A stretch of DNA of 63,823 bases, counting the filler, from Collodictyon triciliatum (Eukaryota), in NCBI GenBank assembly GCA_043381765.1. It is 4 parts of 4 records of this genome, joined end to end, with 100 filler letters (N's around TTAATTAATTAA, not from the genome) between each part and the next. Parts side by side here need not be neighbours in the genome. Positions count along the whole stretch, not along the records: positions 1 to 23,039 come from JBHJMP010000578.1; positions 23,140 to 33,454 come from JBHJMP010000579.1; 2 more parts are not named here. The stretch is one strand, 5' to 3'. Position numbers and translations under genes: made by a program. The first letter of the stretch is position 1; each line of letters starts with the position of its first letter. Shown in pieces: positions 13,954 to 26,200 of this stretch. A model generated the notes under the pieces. That model saw nothing but the letters and a program-made list of their open reading frames with translations, did no database searches and had not been told where the DNA came from.

Positions 13954-14460
13954 GACTTGCTTTTGGGCTTCAGATCCGGCCACAAAGAGTTGCGATGGAT
14001 GCGTAAAGAGTGCATATTTTAGTATTTGCGGTTGAGAAGGTGGACTCTCTCTGGGTATATTGCGATGAGTTCATCAGGCGCGAGCAGACCAGACTGCGGT
14101 TGGTGGCGCACTCAGCGATCACTGACCAAGCCCCTAACAGAGAGAATTGCGGCGCGGCCTCCACAGCCACTGACTGTTGGACTCTGTGTGAATCTTCCAA
14201 TATCATATGACTGTTCACTTGTCTGTTTGGAAAAACATGGGCTCGATGGCACGATACCCCAAAACCGGGAAATTTCCACATATAGGAATCGGAGATTATG
14301 ATCAGATCAAATCAGATCAAATCAATCAGAGCCACAAAAGATACCGAGCGCTGCAAAGGAGGCAGGTAGGGTGTTGTTGGTTCTGTGGTATGAATCGAAG
14401 GATAAGACGAGAGTCTTCTAGTTGATTAAATTGTCGAATCGCAGTAAAGCAGAGTCGTTG

Positions 14461-16110
14461 ATGGGCGAGAGAAAGCCTTACGGGCTGCTCCTTTCGTCAG
14501 GGAAGACTAGCGAAGCCAAAGCGCCCTGGGCATCTTCGGGACTTTTTCAACGAAGATGATGAAGAGGATGTGAGCGAAACATTACTTCGCGAGTCAGCAA
14601 AGAACCGCGTATTGGAAATGGTAGGCTCTGACTCTTTGTCTTTTTTTTCCATTTTTTTAATATTTTAAACGATATATGTAAAGAAGGTCTCATAAAATAC
14701 CATTTTATGAATTTACTCTGCATATGCGCCAGTCTTTACATAGCAAAATGATACACAGCTGAATCTCGTTCAAATCAAAAGATTAAGTGCTTATCAATCG
14801 GGTGTATAGCAAAGGAGAGAGGAAGAAAAGGCCAAGGCACAGGATGACATATATGATTATGATGGCGTCTACGACTCCATGAAGAAGGCCAAGGAAGAGA
14901 CCTTAGCCAAGAAGGAAGTGACAGTTGTTAAGGTTTGTTGAGGTGGTTCTCCTCTATCATTAAATGATTCATTCAATCACGATATTCATGAAAGAAAGAA
15001 AAACAGGTTTAGTTTTCTTTCAAGTGCACATCATTAACCCCACAGGGATTGGTCTCATTCTTTTTCATTTACTAAGTAGCATATTAATTGCCAGTCGCAG
15101 ATATGATAAGTAATTCTTATTGCCCAACTCCTTTTTCTAGTCAAAATGGATCAACACCCTGAAGCAAAACGCTGAGCTAAAAAAGAAGGAATTCGAAAGG
15201 TCCTTGAATAGAATTGCTATTCGCGAGCAAGAAAAAGAAGACCATCTATACGAGGGAAAAGAATAATTTTTGTTACCTCAGCGTAGGCCACCTCATTGAT
15301 TTTAATATTTTTTCCCTTCATTTGACAATTAAATAAAAATGATTGATATTCGAATAGAGATGGCAATTGATATAAACTTATTATCTTATATTATCTCCTA
15401 GGTACAAACAAAAGCTTATCGAGGAAAAAAAATGGCAAGAGGAACAGGTAACTAGTTGACCTCTTTTTGGCAATAGTCCTACCCCAAATAAATAATTATA
15501 AACAAATATGGTCTTCCTACGCAGTTTATGCTGGGATAAAAATATAATTATCATCCTAAGCCACTGATATTCTGATACTAGTGCTTACCACTAAAACATG
15601 TAACATTCTTATTTTACAATCTTATATTTGCAGGCCAAGATAGCTGCGGAGGAAGAGAGGGAGGACGTTCGAAAGAAATCAGATCTAATGGATTTGTATA
15701 GGCATATGTACTTTTCGATGGAAAATCGCGACCAGGGTCTTGAAGAAAATGGCACTGTGACGAAGAAAGAGGGCTCTAAAGAAGACCGCCTGAGTATGAG
15801 CGAATCTGACGAGGCTCGAATCTCCAAAGAAAAGGAACTCGCTCAAAAAATACTTGAAGAAAAAAAGGAAAGAGAAAACCAAGAGTTGAAACGGAAGATT
15901 GATGACGAAGCTCCACTCAAGCCCACCGACAACGAATTGAAAGAACCAGAGCCAAAGGCAATAGCACCAGCATCAGAAACGCAAGCAACAACTACACACG
16001 CCGAAATGGCCGAGAAGGTCCAGAAAACTCTCGACAAGGAATCTATTAATGCAGCAAGAGAGCGTTACCTGGCTCGAAAGCTATCTCGACAACAGTCAGC
16101 GACATCATGA
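14461..16110 (+). CDS. NSRP1: Nuclear speckle splicing regulatory protein 1 (CCDC55), 5 exons; reading frame disrupted twice (possible pseudogene or consensus error)
   Basis: KPYGLLL; EDDEEDVSETLLRESAK; DIYDYDGVYDSMK; SKWINTLKQ.AE..KKE; GKE.FVTSAYKQKL; INAARERYLARK. Needs a +1 shift in exon 1 and a +2 shift at 15264. Confidence 0.85.
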
Positions 16111-16844
16111 TACGTCGTCCCATAAAAAGTTGCGATTCTATACCTCGAGCAAGATTTGCAGGAAGTGTTTTAGAGCTCCATATCTTGCGTCCTCTATGCA
16201 TTAATCGTCCAGGCGTGCTACCCACACTGTCTTATATTCCCGATGCCTTTCCATTCTCACACATTTTCGTATAAAAGCACATACATTATTCGTAAAGACT
16301 TCGCCAAAGTAAACAAGGACAGTGGAAATGCTAGTAAAATTATTTTCCACAAACGCAGGACGATTCCCATTGCTTTGAACAAACCAAACCAAAACTGGCT
16401 CTGTGATACCATTTTTGACCAAATATTCCCAAAACACTTGACTCATATATAAAGCAGGAATACACTTTAATCAAGGAAATTTTTCTTTTTCGTGATTCGG
16501 TGGATGCGGTTGTTGAAAGACGAAAGGATTCTTTGATCATTCTGACTCTCACGCGGCTGCAAAAGTCACGGGGTTTCGGCCAAAAGAGCAGGGTTGGTGC
16601 TTCACAGACAGAAATAAGACACACACACATTTTTTTTAATAGAACAAGTACAGGATAGTCCTGTTGCGTTACGCAGTAGTTGCTCACTAATCACACAACC
16701 GATCGCAACAGCTCTTGATTTGCGTTTTGTGGATCAGTACTTTTAATTGTCTCTTTTTTTTTTTTATGGAGAGAATCAATAGGCTGTGATCGAAACTCTC
16801 AGTTATACGTTTCTCTTAGATTTCCTTCAAAGTGTTCTGCCACG

Positions 16845-19800
16845 ATGGGACTTTGGCATGTGTCTGTGCTCTCGTGCTTGCTGATAGCTGCCTGTTGTGT
16901 TGCTGGGAATATAAACAACCAACTCGCCCACAGGTGGGAATAGCAACCATACTGTGAGCAACTTTCAGGAACTCATTTTTACTAATTTATGTATTTGGCG
17001 CTCACCCGCAAGCGAGGCAGAACTATAAAAAGCTTTATTATATTTTTCTTACCTTTAAACCGTTATCGTTTCGTTGTCATCAATCGAATGAAAATGTAGT
17101 GAGGATCCACTCTGTGCGTTTTCCGAGCAAGAAATCAAACAGCTGGACCGCGAGGCTGCTATTAAGATTCTGCTTGACATTCGATCATATTTACCCTGTG
17201 CATACTCGTCTCGAAAAAAGACAGATAATGCAAGGTTAATCACCAAAGAGTCAGAGAGAGAAATACTCTGCGATATCCATGACAAATTCACCAATCGAAA
17301 TTCACCTTGGGTAAGAGATGGTTGGTGTAAGAATGTGAATGATGATTATTGCTCTTGGTATGGTGTAGAATGCAATGGTGCTGGGGTATGTGACTTCAGA
17401 TTGATTAGTGCCACAAGCCTTGAAACAACTTCTCCTTTCTTTTCATACTATTTTTCACTCTCTTCGGAATAATGGCCATCTATATGCATTTTTATACTGT
17501 AAATACAATTTCTTAACCTCTTAATATCAATATGAAAAAGTCTGTTGTGTCAATAACATTACGTGGAAACAATCTTGCTGGGGATGGAGAAAATCTGAGT
17601 TTATTCACCAAATTACCAAATATAGAGAAAGTTGTACTGCCAATAAACAACATATATGGTGATGATAGAGCTAGTCGAAAATTATTCAACCATGATTAAT
17701 CTTTGTTTATTTTTTTCTCAATCTTGCACACTAGTAATCCATGGATTTTACTTCTCATCCCAATCTGAAAATAGGTGCCATACCGGAAATGAGCCATCCT
17801 CTTTTACAACACGTTGATTTAGGAGATAATTGTCTCACATGTGCGTCATGTTTCCGATTTTTCTTTTAGTTAATTACACATAATTGCATCAACACAGCAA
17901 ATCTTTTATTTTTATTACATCTTATTTAGCAACTGTACCTATTCTCAATATGACAAGATTGGAAAATTTGATTTTGACGAACAACTACCTTACTGGTAAT
18001 TCTTATTCACATTTTCACTGCACTATGCATATGCTACTCAATTTTTAAATATAAGAATATTTTTCATGAATTCAGTATTCCTCTTTTCAAAATACCAGGG
18101 TATAATTTGGCCCTCGATACATGAAACTTGTAATGAGTTATCACGAAAATATACGCGATATTAAAGGTTTTACATAATGATTATCAATTCATAAAGGCAC
18201 CATAGACCACTTGCTCAGCATGGATATCATTGAACTAAATCTATCAGTCAATAGATTCTACGGTATTTTGTGATATATATAATTCATTTCAAGATTCTAT
18301 GATTTATACGAGGGGTAATGATATTTTGTATCTGCTGGTTGATGGTATGGCTACTACTAATTGTAAATCCAACAGGAAATATACCATATTTTCCATCGAA
18401 GCTGGAAAACTTAAACCTGCTGGATAATTATTTCAATGGTTTTAACATAACTGTTCATATCATATCATATCATATCATATCATATCATATCATATCATAT
18501 CATATCATATCATATCATATCATATCATATCATATCATATCATATCATATCATATCATATCATATCATATCATATNNNNNNNNNNNNNNNNNNNNNNNNN
18601 NNNNNNNNNNNNNNNNNNNNNNNNNNNNNNNNNNNNNNNNNNNNNNNNNNNNNNNNNNNNNNNNNNNNNNNNNNNATCATATCATATCATATCATATCAT
18701 ATCATATCATATCATATCATATCATATCATATCATATCATATCATATCATATCATATCATATCATATCATATCGCACACTTTTCCCGTTCATTTATATCT
18801 TCATTATTACGACCGTTTTGAATGAAGAAATATAGTTTCATAAGCTCAACTGGTACTAATTTCGGATAATGCAGGCACCGTCCCAAATTACCTGCCAGCT
18901 ACCATTAAGATTCTTCATATGTCTTATAACAATTTCATCGCAAGTGTGTGAAGGACATTATAAAATAATAACAGGGCATATAATTCCATTTATACTCTTA
19001 TATTTGTATATAACAACTGACAGATTAGCATGGACTGTTGCTGTACAATAGGTAATTTTATTTCTCACTGGAATTTGAATTATATTACGAAACTGGGATT
19101 ATCGAGCACTTATCTCAAAGGTATGCGGCATCCAAAACACTATATAAATGCCTTGTATTCAGTTATGTGCGTAAGGTGCGTTGTAAATGAAATTTTCACA
19201 TTAATATTTTGTTCATAAAGGAAAGATACCACCGTTTAAAGGTGCTGAGACAGTAGACATACTACTTGCTTTCAATCAATTAGAAGGTTGTCTAATACAT
19301 TTCATTGATAATAAACAATATTATGAGCATACTTTGAAAATAAATTTGAAAATACAGGAGAGATAAAAATGGACCAGATGAGTAACCTTGTAACACTGGA
19401 TTTGCAACACAATAACTTTACCGGGTCTCTGCCAGCAATTGAAAACCTTTCCATCATCACATACAGAGTAAACAAGAATGAATTCAACGGTACATTACCT
19501 TCTTTCCTATATTCGATTCAAAAAGCGGCGCATTAACCTTATAAAACATCGCATTCTGATCATTCCATAATCAAATAGTATTAATGATTACTTTATTACG
19601 ATGAACAGGAACCATACCAAGAATAAATGCACCCGAGCTAAGATATTTCGATGTATCACACAATCAACTTAGCGGTTAGTTGCATGTTTAATTGCGTCTT
19701 TCTATAAGTGGTATGAACAGTAGTAATGCAACGCACTCATATCAAATCCCAACCAAAAGGTAATCTGCCTGATCTATACCTACCGTCTTTGATTAGCCTT

Positions 19801-22326
19801 TACATCTCCAACAATCAAATATCAGGTTCAGTCACTCAAAGGATATATAAACGGGTTGTTTTTATATGAATGTATATGATTTACTATGAACTATTTGACT
19901 ACGCCGGTAATTAAACTCAATCGCATCATCGGAAAACCGCAGGAAGCCTAGGGAAGCTTGATGCGATAAGCTTGAAATACCTTGACATAAGGGATACACA
20001 TATAACATCAACTCTCCCTAGTCTTGCCATGGCAAAGAATCTCAGATCGATATACATAGACAAGACTAGAATACACGGATCTATACCAAACGACGTCGGG
20101 AATTTCACCGATTTATATATATTTAGTGCAAAGAACACATTTATGAAAACATCCGCCGACATTATTCCAGATTGGATTGATCAAACAGGAGCTTACATAC
20201 TAGACGAAATTGAATCAAATTTTCGATGCCCAGAACTCAAACTCACTCATATCTCAGGTAGTTCTGTTTTGGTAGACCCTGAATACTATAATAAAAGCCT
20301 GTGTATTTGCAACCCTGGGCACTTTGGCTACGGAGGAAATTGCCAAAAATGTCCTGATGAATGTGACTGCCCTGACGGGCAAGAGATGAAGTATTGTTAT
20401 GCGTCTCCTGATATTTTTGACATTCAGGAAATCATTCGTTGTCCTTCTCCAAGGAACTGTTACCAAAAAATAGATTATAATCCATGGAGGAAAATCGAAC
20501 CTGATGAAAATGTATGCGAAAAGGGATATGAAGAGCGGCTGTGTGCAAAGTGCGCTGAAGGCTATGCATCCTTTGGTCAATCATGCTTTCCATGCCCAGA
20601 GTACTCAAAGATATTTCTCCCTTTCGTCTTACTTTCCATATTAGTTCTTTTCATTTTGTACGCCTCATTTGGGATGAAAAGGTCGTCAGGTAAGCACTTT
20701 TTCATTCAAATCATGGCTCCAGTTCAGACAAATTCAATTTGAATACAAAAAGTCCAAGTTTATTTCGCACATGAATTACTTTAGGAATTTGATTAGTTGA
20801 AACAATTAACACCTTATCTTTTCACATGTTATAACTTTACATAGGTGTCACCAAGATTATGATTTTCCATGTACAGACACTAACGGCATTGTCACAAGTT
20901 TTGGATTCGACTGATAACAGCTCTTCCTTCTTCACAGGTGTTTTATCAGTCATAGGAAATCTCAATATTCCAGTCCCAGGATGCCTTTTTCCAGGAAGAG
21001 ACCAATATTACATGCTTCTCCTTAGTTACATTAGAGTTTTACTTTTGATGATTATTGGGTTTATTCTGTATCTTGTTTATCACGGGAATAAGCGTAATAA
21101 GGTGGGTATTCGTATTGATTTACATAATTTTCTTTTCCCTTTCAAATGCAGCTAGTATCTAATAAAAAACCATAGGTCTTGTTTGTTGTTTTATTTTTGA
21201 TGCACACAATGTACTATGGAATCGCGCAAGACACCCTCTCGATATTTGGATGCATGTTGAAAGACAAGGATGGGAACAGATACTTGAATTTGTATCCTTG
21301 GGTCATGTGTGGGGCCAAAAATTATTTTACTCATTATGGATTTATTTTGGCTACTTTTGGGTTTTTTGTCTATGTCATTGGGTTTCCTCTGTATGTGTAC
21401 TGGTTGCTGAAGAAAGCGGCACAGAAACCAGAGAAATCCAAACTTAGAAGACGATCTGGATTTCTATTTCAATGCTTTCGCGAGGTAATTGCCAGTATTT
21501 TCACAGGTTTATAATTTACTTTTTTCTTATTATTTATATTCACCCTGTCGAAAGTGAGCAAAAACTTTTAACTTTGATAATATTTCCACAGGATATGCAT
21601 TACTGGGAACTTGTGATAATGGGTCGCCGCATTCTATGCAGCTTGTTCGTCACGATTATACCATACACAAGTGATACAACACTTTATACGTCTATCTATA
21701 TTCTCTTACAGGTAAAATGATTATCCACGGTGTTTAATGATATCTTGACTTAGTCACGATAAACCAAAACATATTGAAATATACTAATGCTATATCTATT
21801 TCACCGATGAAAAGCGGGCTTTCAAAGCGAATATCCAAATTCACATGAGATTATTCATTAGGTTTCAGTGATATCGCAACACTACTTCAAGCCATTCAAG
21901 TCTCCCATCGAAAACACTTTTGAGACCCTAAGCTTATACCTCATTCTTATTTCCTTTCTGTGGGGTCTTTTGTTAAAGGTATTCGGAGCAGGAGACATAC
22001 CAATAATCTTGGTGGTATCGAATGCTCTCCTTATTTTTCTTCTTTTATGCACTATGGCTTACATTCCTTTGCAAAAAAAGATTCGTTCCCTGTTATGGGT
22101 GGGGTATGTCCGATACCATGAGGGGGGTTCCCACATACTTTTCCAACCAGAAAGCGACGATTCATACCTGTTTATGAAATCCGATGGTTCTCCATATCAT
22201 TCGAATACAACAATACCGCAACCTTCTAGTTCCCGTTTCGATGACCCCCTTTCACTTTTGACAGAAGACGAGGGACCAAAGAACAATAGACAATGTTATT
22301 CACCAACACTAAGTTTGTTTGGGTAG
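16845..22326 (+). CDS. Signal peptide + LRR + Cys-rich ectodomain + multi-pass (about 7 TM) receptor-like protein
   Basis: MGLWHVSVLSCLLIAACCVAG signal peptide; LRRNT cap (W...YCSWYGVECN); more than 12 LxxLxLxxNxxxG repeats on small phase-1 exons; CICNPGHFG...CEKGYEERLCAKCAEGY; hydrophobic segments with GFLFQCFR..HYWELVIMGRR and KPFKSPIENTFE motifs. Confidence 0.85.
18457..18772. repeat. (ATCAT)n microsatellite spanning a 100-N gap
   Basis: Read directly; intronic. Confidence 0.97.
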
Positions 22327-23008
22327 GCGTGAACATCGCTCTTCTCCAAATGCATCGACCATAATAAAATTATCATTGAATCAAAATGAATCGATGACAA
22401 AATAAAACTGGGGAGTATGATTGAACACTCTAGTATCCATATGATAAATGTACGGTGAGGGAATAAGGGCAATAAATTAACAGAAAAGAAAAAAGTGTAA
22501 AATAAAATCAAGTGGGTTAATCACATAGCCAAAAAAACAAAACAAAACAAAAAACAAAACAAAAAACAAAACAAAAAACAAAACAAAAAACAAAACAAAA
22601 AACAAAACAAAAAACAAAAAACAACAGAACAAGGATACATAAAATTATTCTGAAGAATGAATAGCAAAAGGGAGCAAATAACTACTTCGCAGTTGGGTCT
22701 GTTCTTTTATCATTCGATTCAATCATTCCTAGAAAAGAGCATGTGCTGATTGAACCAGCGTGTCAGGATGTACCAGATAATTGCCATTCACGGCCCACCT
22801 CTTCGACTATAAACGCGCGGGCGCAGTGTGTCACAATGAATTGCCTCATGCGATTCCATAAGAAACACATTGAGCACACTCCATACAGACATCAAAAGTT
22901 TGTGTAAGCAAGATTGCAAGATTTGCAGCATTTTTATTTATTGATTTTTGGGTTCAAATTGTGTGTGTGTGTTGTTAGGTTTCAGCGACGCAGCTCGACA
23001 AGAACACC

Positions 23009-23039
<31 letters not shown>

Positions 23040-23139
23040 NNNNNNNNNNNNNNNNNNNNNNNNNNNNNNNNNNNNNNNNNNNNTTAATTAATTAANNNNN
23101 NNNNNNNNNNNNNNNNNNNNNNNNNNNNNNNNNNNNNNN
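23040..23139. other. Artificial scaffold-joining linker N44-TTAATTAATTAA-N44
   Basis: 12-mer with stops in all six frames at 23084-23095, centred in exactly 100 nt. Confidence 0.95.
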
Positions 23140-23282
23140 AAACAAAACAAAACAAAACAAAACAAAACAAAACAAAACAAAACAAAACAAAACAAAACAA
23201 AACAAAACAAAACAAAACAAAACAAAACAAAACGAAACGAAACAAACAAAAAAAAATTCTTCGATGGCACAGCTGCATCTCT

Positions 23283-26200
23283 ATGGAAGCTTTTCGGGCA
23301 GTGGCCTTTCCAGCCGAGGCACATGATGCGCTTTACTTGATCCAACTCCAAGGCTGGAGCGGCAAAGCGAAGAAGATTCTCGCCATGAACAAGACCGGAG
23401 TTTTTGTATACGAGCAGAGTCCATGGGCGGTTTGTTAATTCCAAGCAAACATTCAAGTTCTCTCTTATTTTCTGAAGCAAAGTCGTATATAAACTGTGGA
23501 TGCTTTCAAAAGAGTCTGACAATAATCGAATGTATAATAATACTCACTCCCTCACAAAAATACACTCCTGGATGCCACCCAAAAAAATTGTATTTTTTCC
23601 TTCTTTTTAGCTATTCATGCTACCAATTGGTATTAACCATATCAACAACAGGTTTCAAATACATGGACATGGGAGACATCCCTGGTTGAGGCCTATGCGG
23701 ATAAGAAATCACCATCTGATGTCATCATCGGAATCAGAGATGCAAAAAAGCTTTCGACAATCACAATCACAACCGACTTTCGATTGGATTTTCTGTCGGA
23801 CTTCCAGCGCACATTCTCTCGTTTCATGGAATCAGACTCGCCGAAACAAGAAAAGAAGGTTTCTTGACTGTTCGAAACATCACTAATAATATGATTATAT
23901 GTCTTTTGTGTTTGCTGATTTGTATGATGCTGAAAGAAGAACAAATCACCTTACCACCTTCAGGTTGTCAAGAAAGATTTTTCTGCAGTTAAAGTGAAAA
24001 AAGGAGATTCGAGGTTGAATATCGTTCTCAGAGTCAGGTATTATTGTTTAGAAGAGCTCGATGCAGAAACTAATGAAACAAGAACTACATACATGTATAA
24101 GCGAATATCTCGTGTTGGCGTTCTTGCGGAATCGAGCGATGCATTGTGCATTCAATGTAAGTACTGAATTCGTATTTCGTTGTGTCGCTAAAACGAAATA
24201 TTTTATTGGATTCATCACCGCATTCAGTTGCAGCTTCCACTATTTCCCTCTATCTTAATTGCTCTATCCACTACACGACTCTTCCGTAGTTCATAAAGGT
24301 CCACCCAAGGTTTACATCTCTCCAAACCGAATGGAAATCATCAAGCTCATGCAAGACACCTGCCTCCATCGAATTGGATTCAGCATTGAAGGGGAACCCT
24401 TCCTGACGCTGGCCAGGGCTAAAGAAGCGCGGGCACTATTTCATGGGTTGGATGAAGACTTGGAATCTGTGTCTATTGTTGAATTTCACGCCAACAAGAT
24501 AACTCCTCGTCACGCTATCGCTGCCAGTCGTCTGTTTTGTATCACAGAGAAGCGGGTGGTAGAAAGAGATCCAGGAACGTATAGCATCGTCACCAGCCGA
24601 CTATTGGAAACGATTTTTTGCATTCATCGCCACCTAGACGATGCACAAAAGTTCACTATTCAGTTCAAGAACGAAACGCAGTCGACTTATGTTTCTACTG
24701 TACGCGATGCAGTCATCACGAGTTTGTTGGATGCATCTCGTAGTGTGGGGAACATTAGTTGCTATGTAAACCCACTTCCTGTTGCAAAAGGAAAGCGTTT
24801 GACGCCTCTTAGAGCCGTTCCGAATGTTGAGTATCAGGCGATATACTTGGAAATAATTGCATCTGCCGAATTGAAGTCACTGCATATATCTGATGTTGGC
24901 CGGATTGCAGATACATTCAACGCAAACATCCCATATTCGAGCGCCACTTTTCAGGATAAAATGCAAAAGCAAATACAAACGGCAATTACAAATCTTTTGC
25001 CGCATGAAATGACTATCGCAGAAGAGGTGAAACCGATGGTTGTTGTAGCAATTTTACAAGTGAGTGAAATTTGAAAATTGATAAAAATAATAATAATAAT
25101 AATAATAATCATTAGTGCGACTCGTCGATTTTTCTAAACCCAAAAATGCCAACGAACCGTCTAACGCAAAAAAATAATAATAATTGACAGGCCTTGCGAA
25201 GGGTATTCTCCACCAGGATAGGGTTTGAGACAGTGACAGCTTTATCTGGTTTAGTTCAGAGACTTCGTGAGACCATGAATGCGTGTATGCGAATTTTAAA
25301 TGAACATGTAAACTTTGCTGCTACAGAGGTCAGTAACAAATCGCTTTTATGTTTTTTACATCATATGGCTCTTTCAGAAACTTCTGCTTTTAAGTTTGGT
25401 TATCAAAAATATTAAACATTTGACTTACTTTTGTATTATTGCAATTTACAAGATTTTTTTGCTTGTCTTCTTCCTTTTTTTTTCTCATCCTCATTTTCAC
25501 CTTCTTTCTTTCATTTAGCTTTTGACTTCTCTGGTCCAGCCATCTTTTGAGAATGTTTTGCCATCTGATGCTTCTTTTGAACAGCTCAATAAAAGAGCTT
25601 TTTTTACATCAGAAGATATCTACCTGAATTTGATTAAAGTACGTAACTCAGAATTTTCTTTTCGTTCTCGTGTAAATAGCTCATACAACATTTATGTTAT
25701 AATATTTCATATAGTTTGTAGAATTTTATTGTCGTGTGAAAACGGGCTCCATGGTTATAAATGGGACTATAGATGTTTTTGTCTACCTACTGTGTATCCC
25801 ATATGCAGATACGACAGACCAGGCAATCTTTGAAAAAGTCCTTGACAAGGTTTTTTCTCAGCAGATTACTTATAAGGGAAACACTGCTCGCTTTGTATTT
25901 ATTATTCTTATTATTGTTATTATTAGGTTGCGAATATCGGGCGCTTTCTCTTCAAGTTATTTCACCATCCATGTTTGACTGTGACAAAGGGTGTCGGAAT
26001 GCTGATGAGTGCACTGATATCTGAATCAGAAGCTCAGACAGCAAAGAAAATTCAGCTTTATTCACTTATGGAAGGTTCTCTGCTGAGGCATCTGCATGTG
26101 TCTATTTTCACCAGCACAAAGACTGATATTCGTCAACTGCGACAGCGAAATCTCTCTCGGTATCCTACCGATGATACATAATTACTCTCATGTCATCGAT

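Noticed and set aside
13960-14450. GC-richer stretch between SmF and NSRP1 as a possible ncRNA or ORF
   Set aside because: No recognisable snRNA, tRNA or snoRNA motif; best treated as promoter/UTR. An Rfam scan would settle it.
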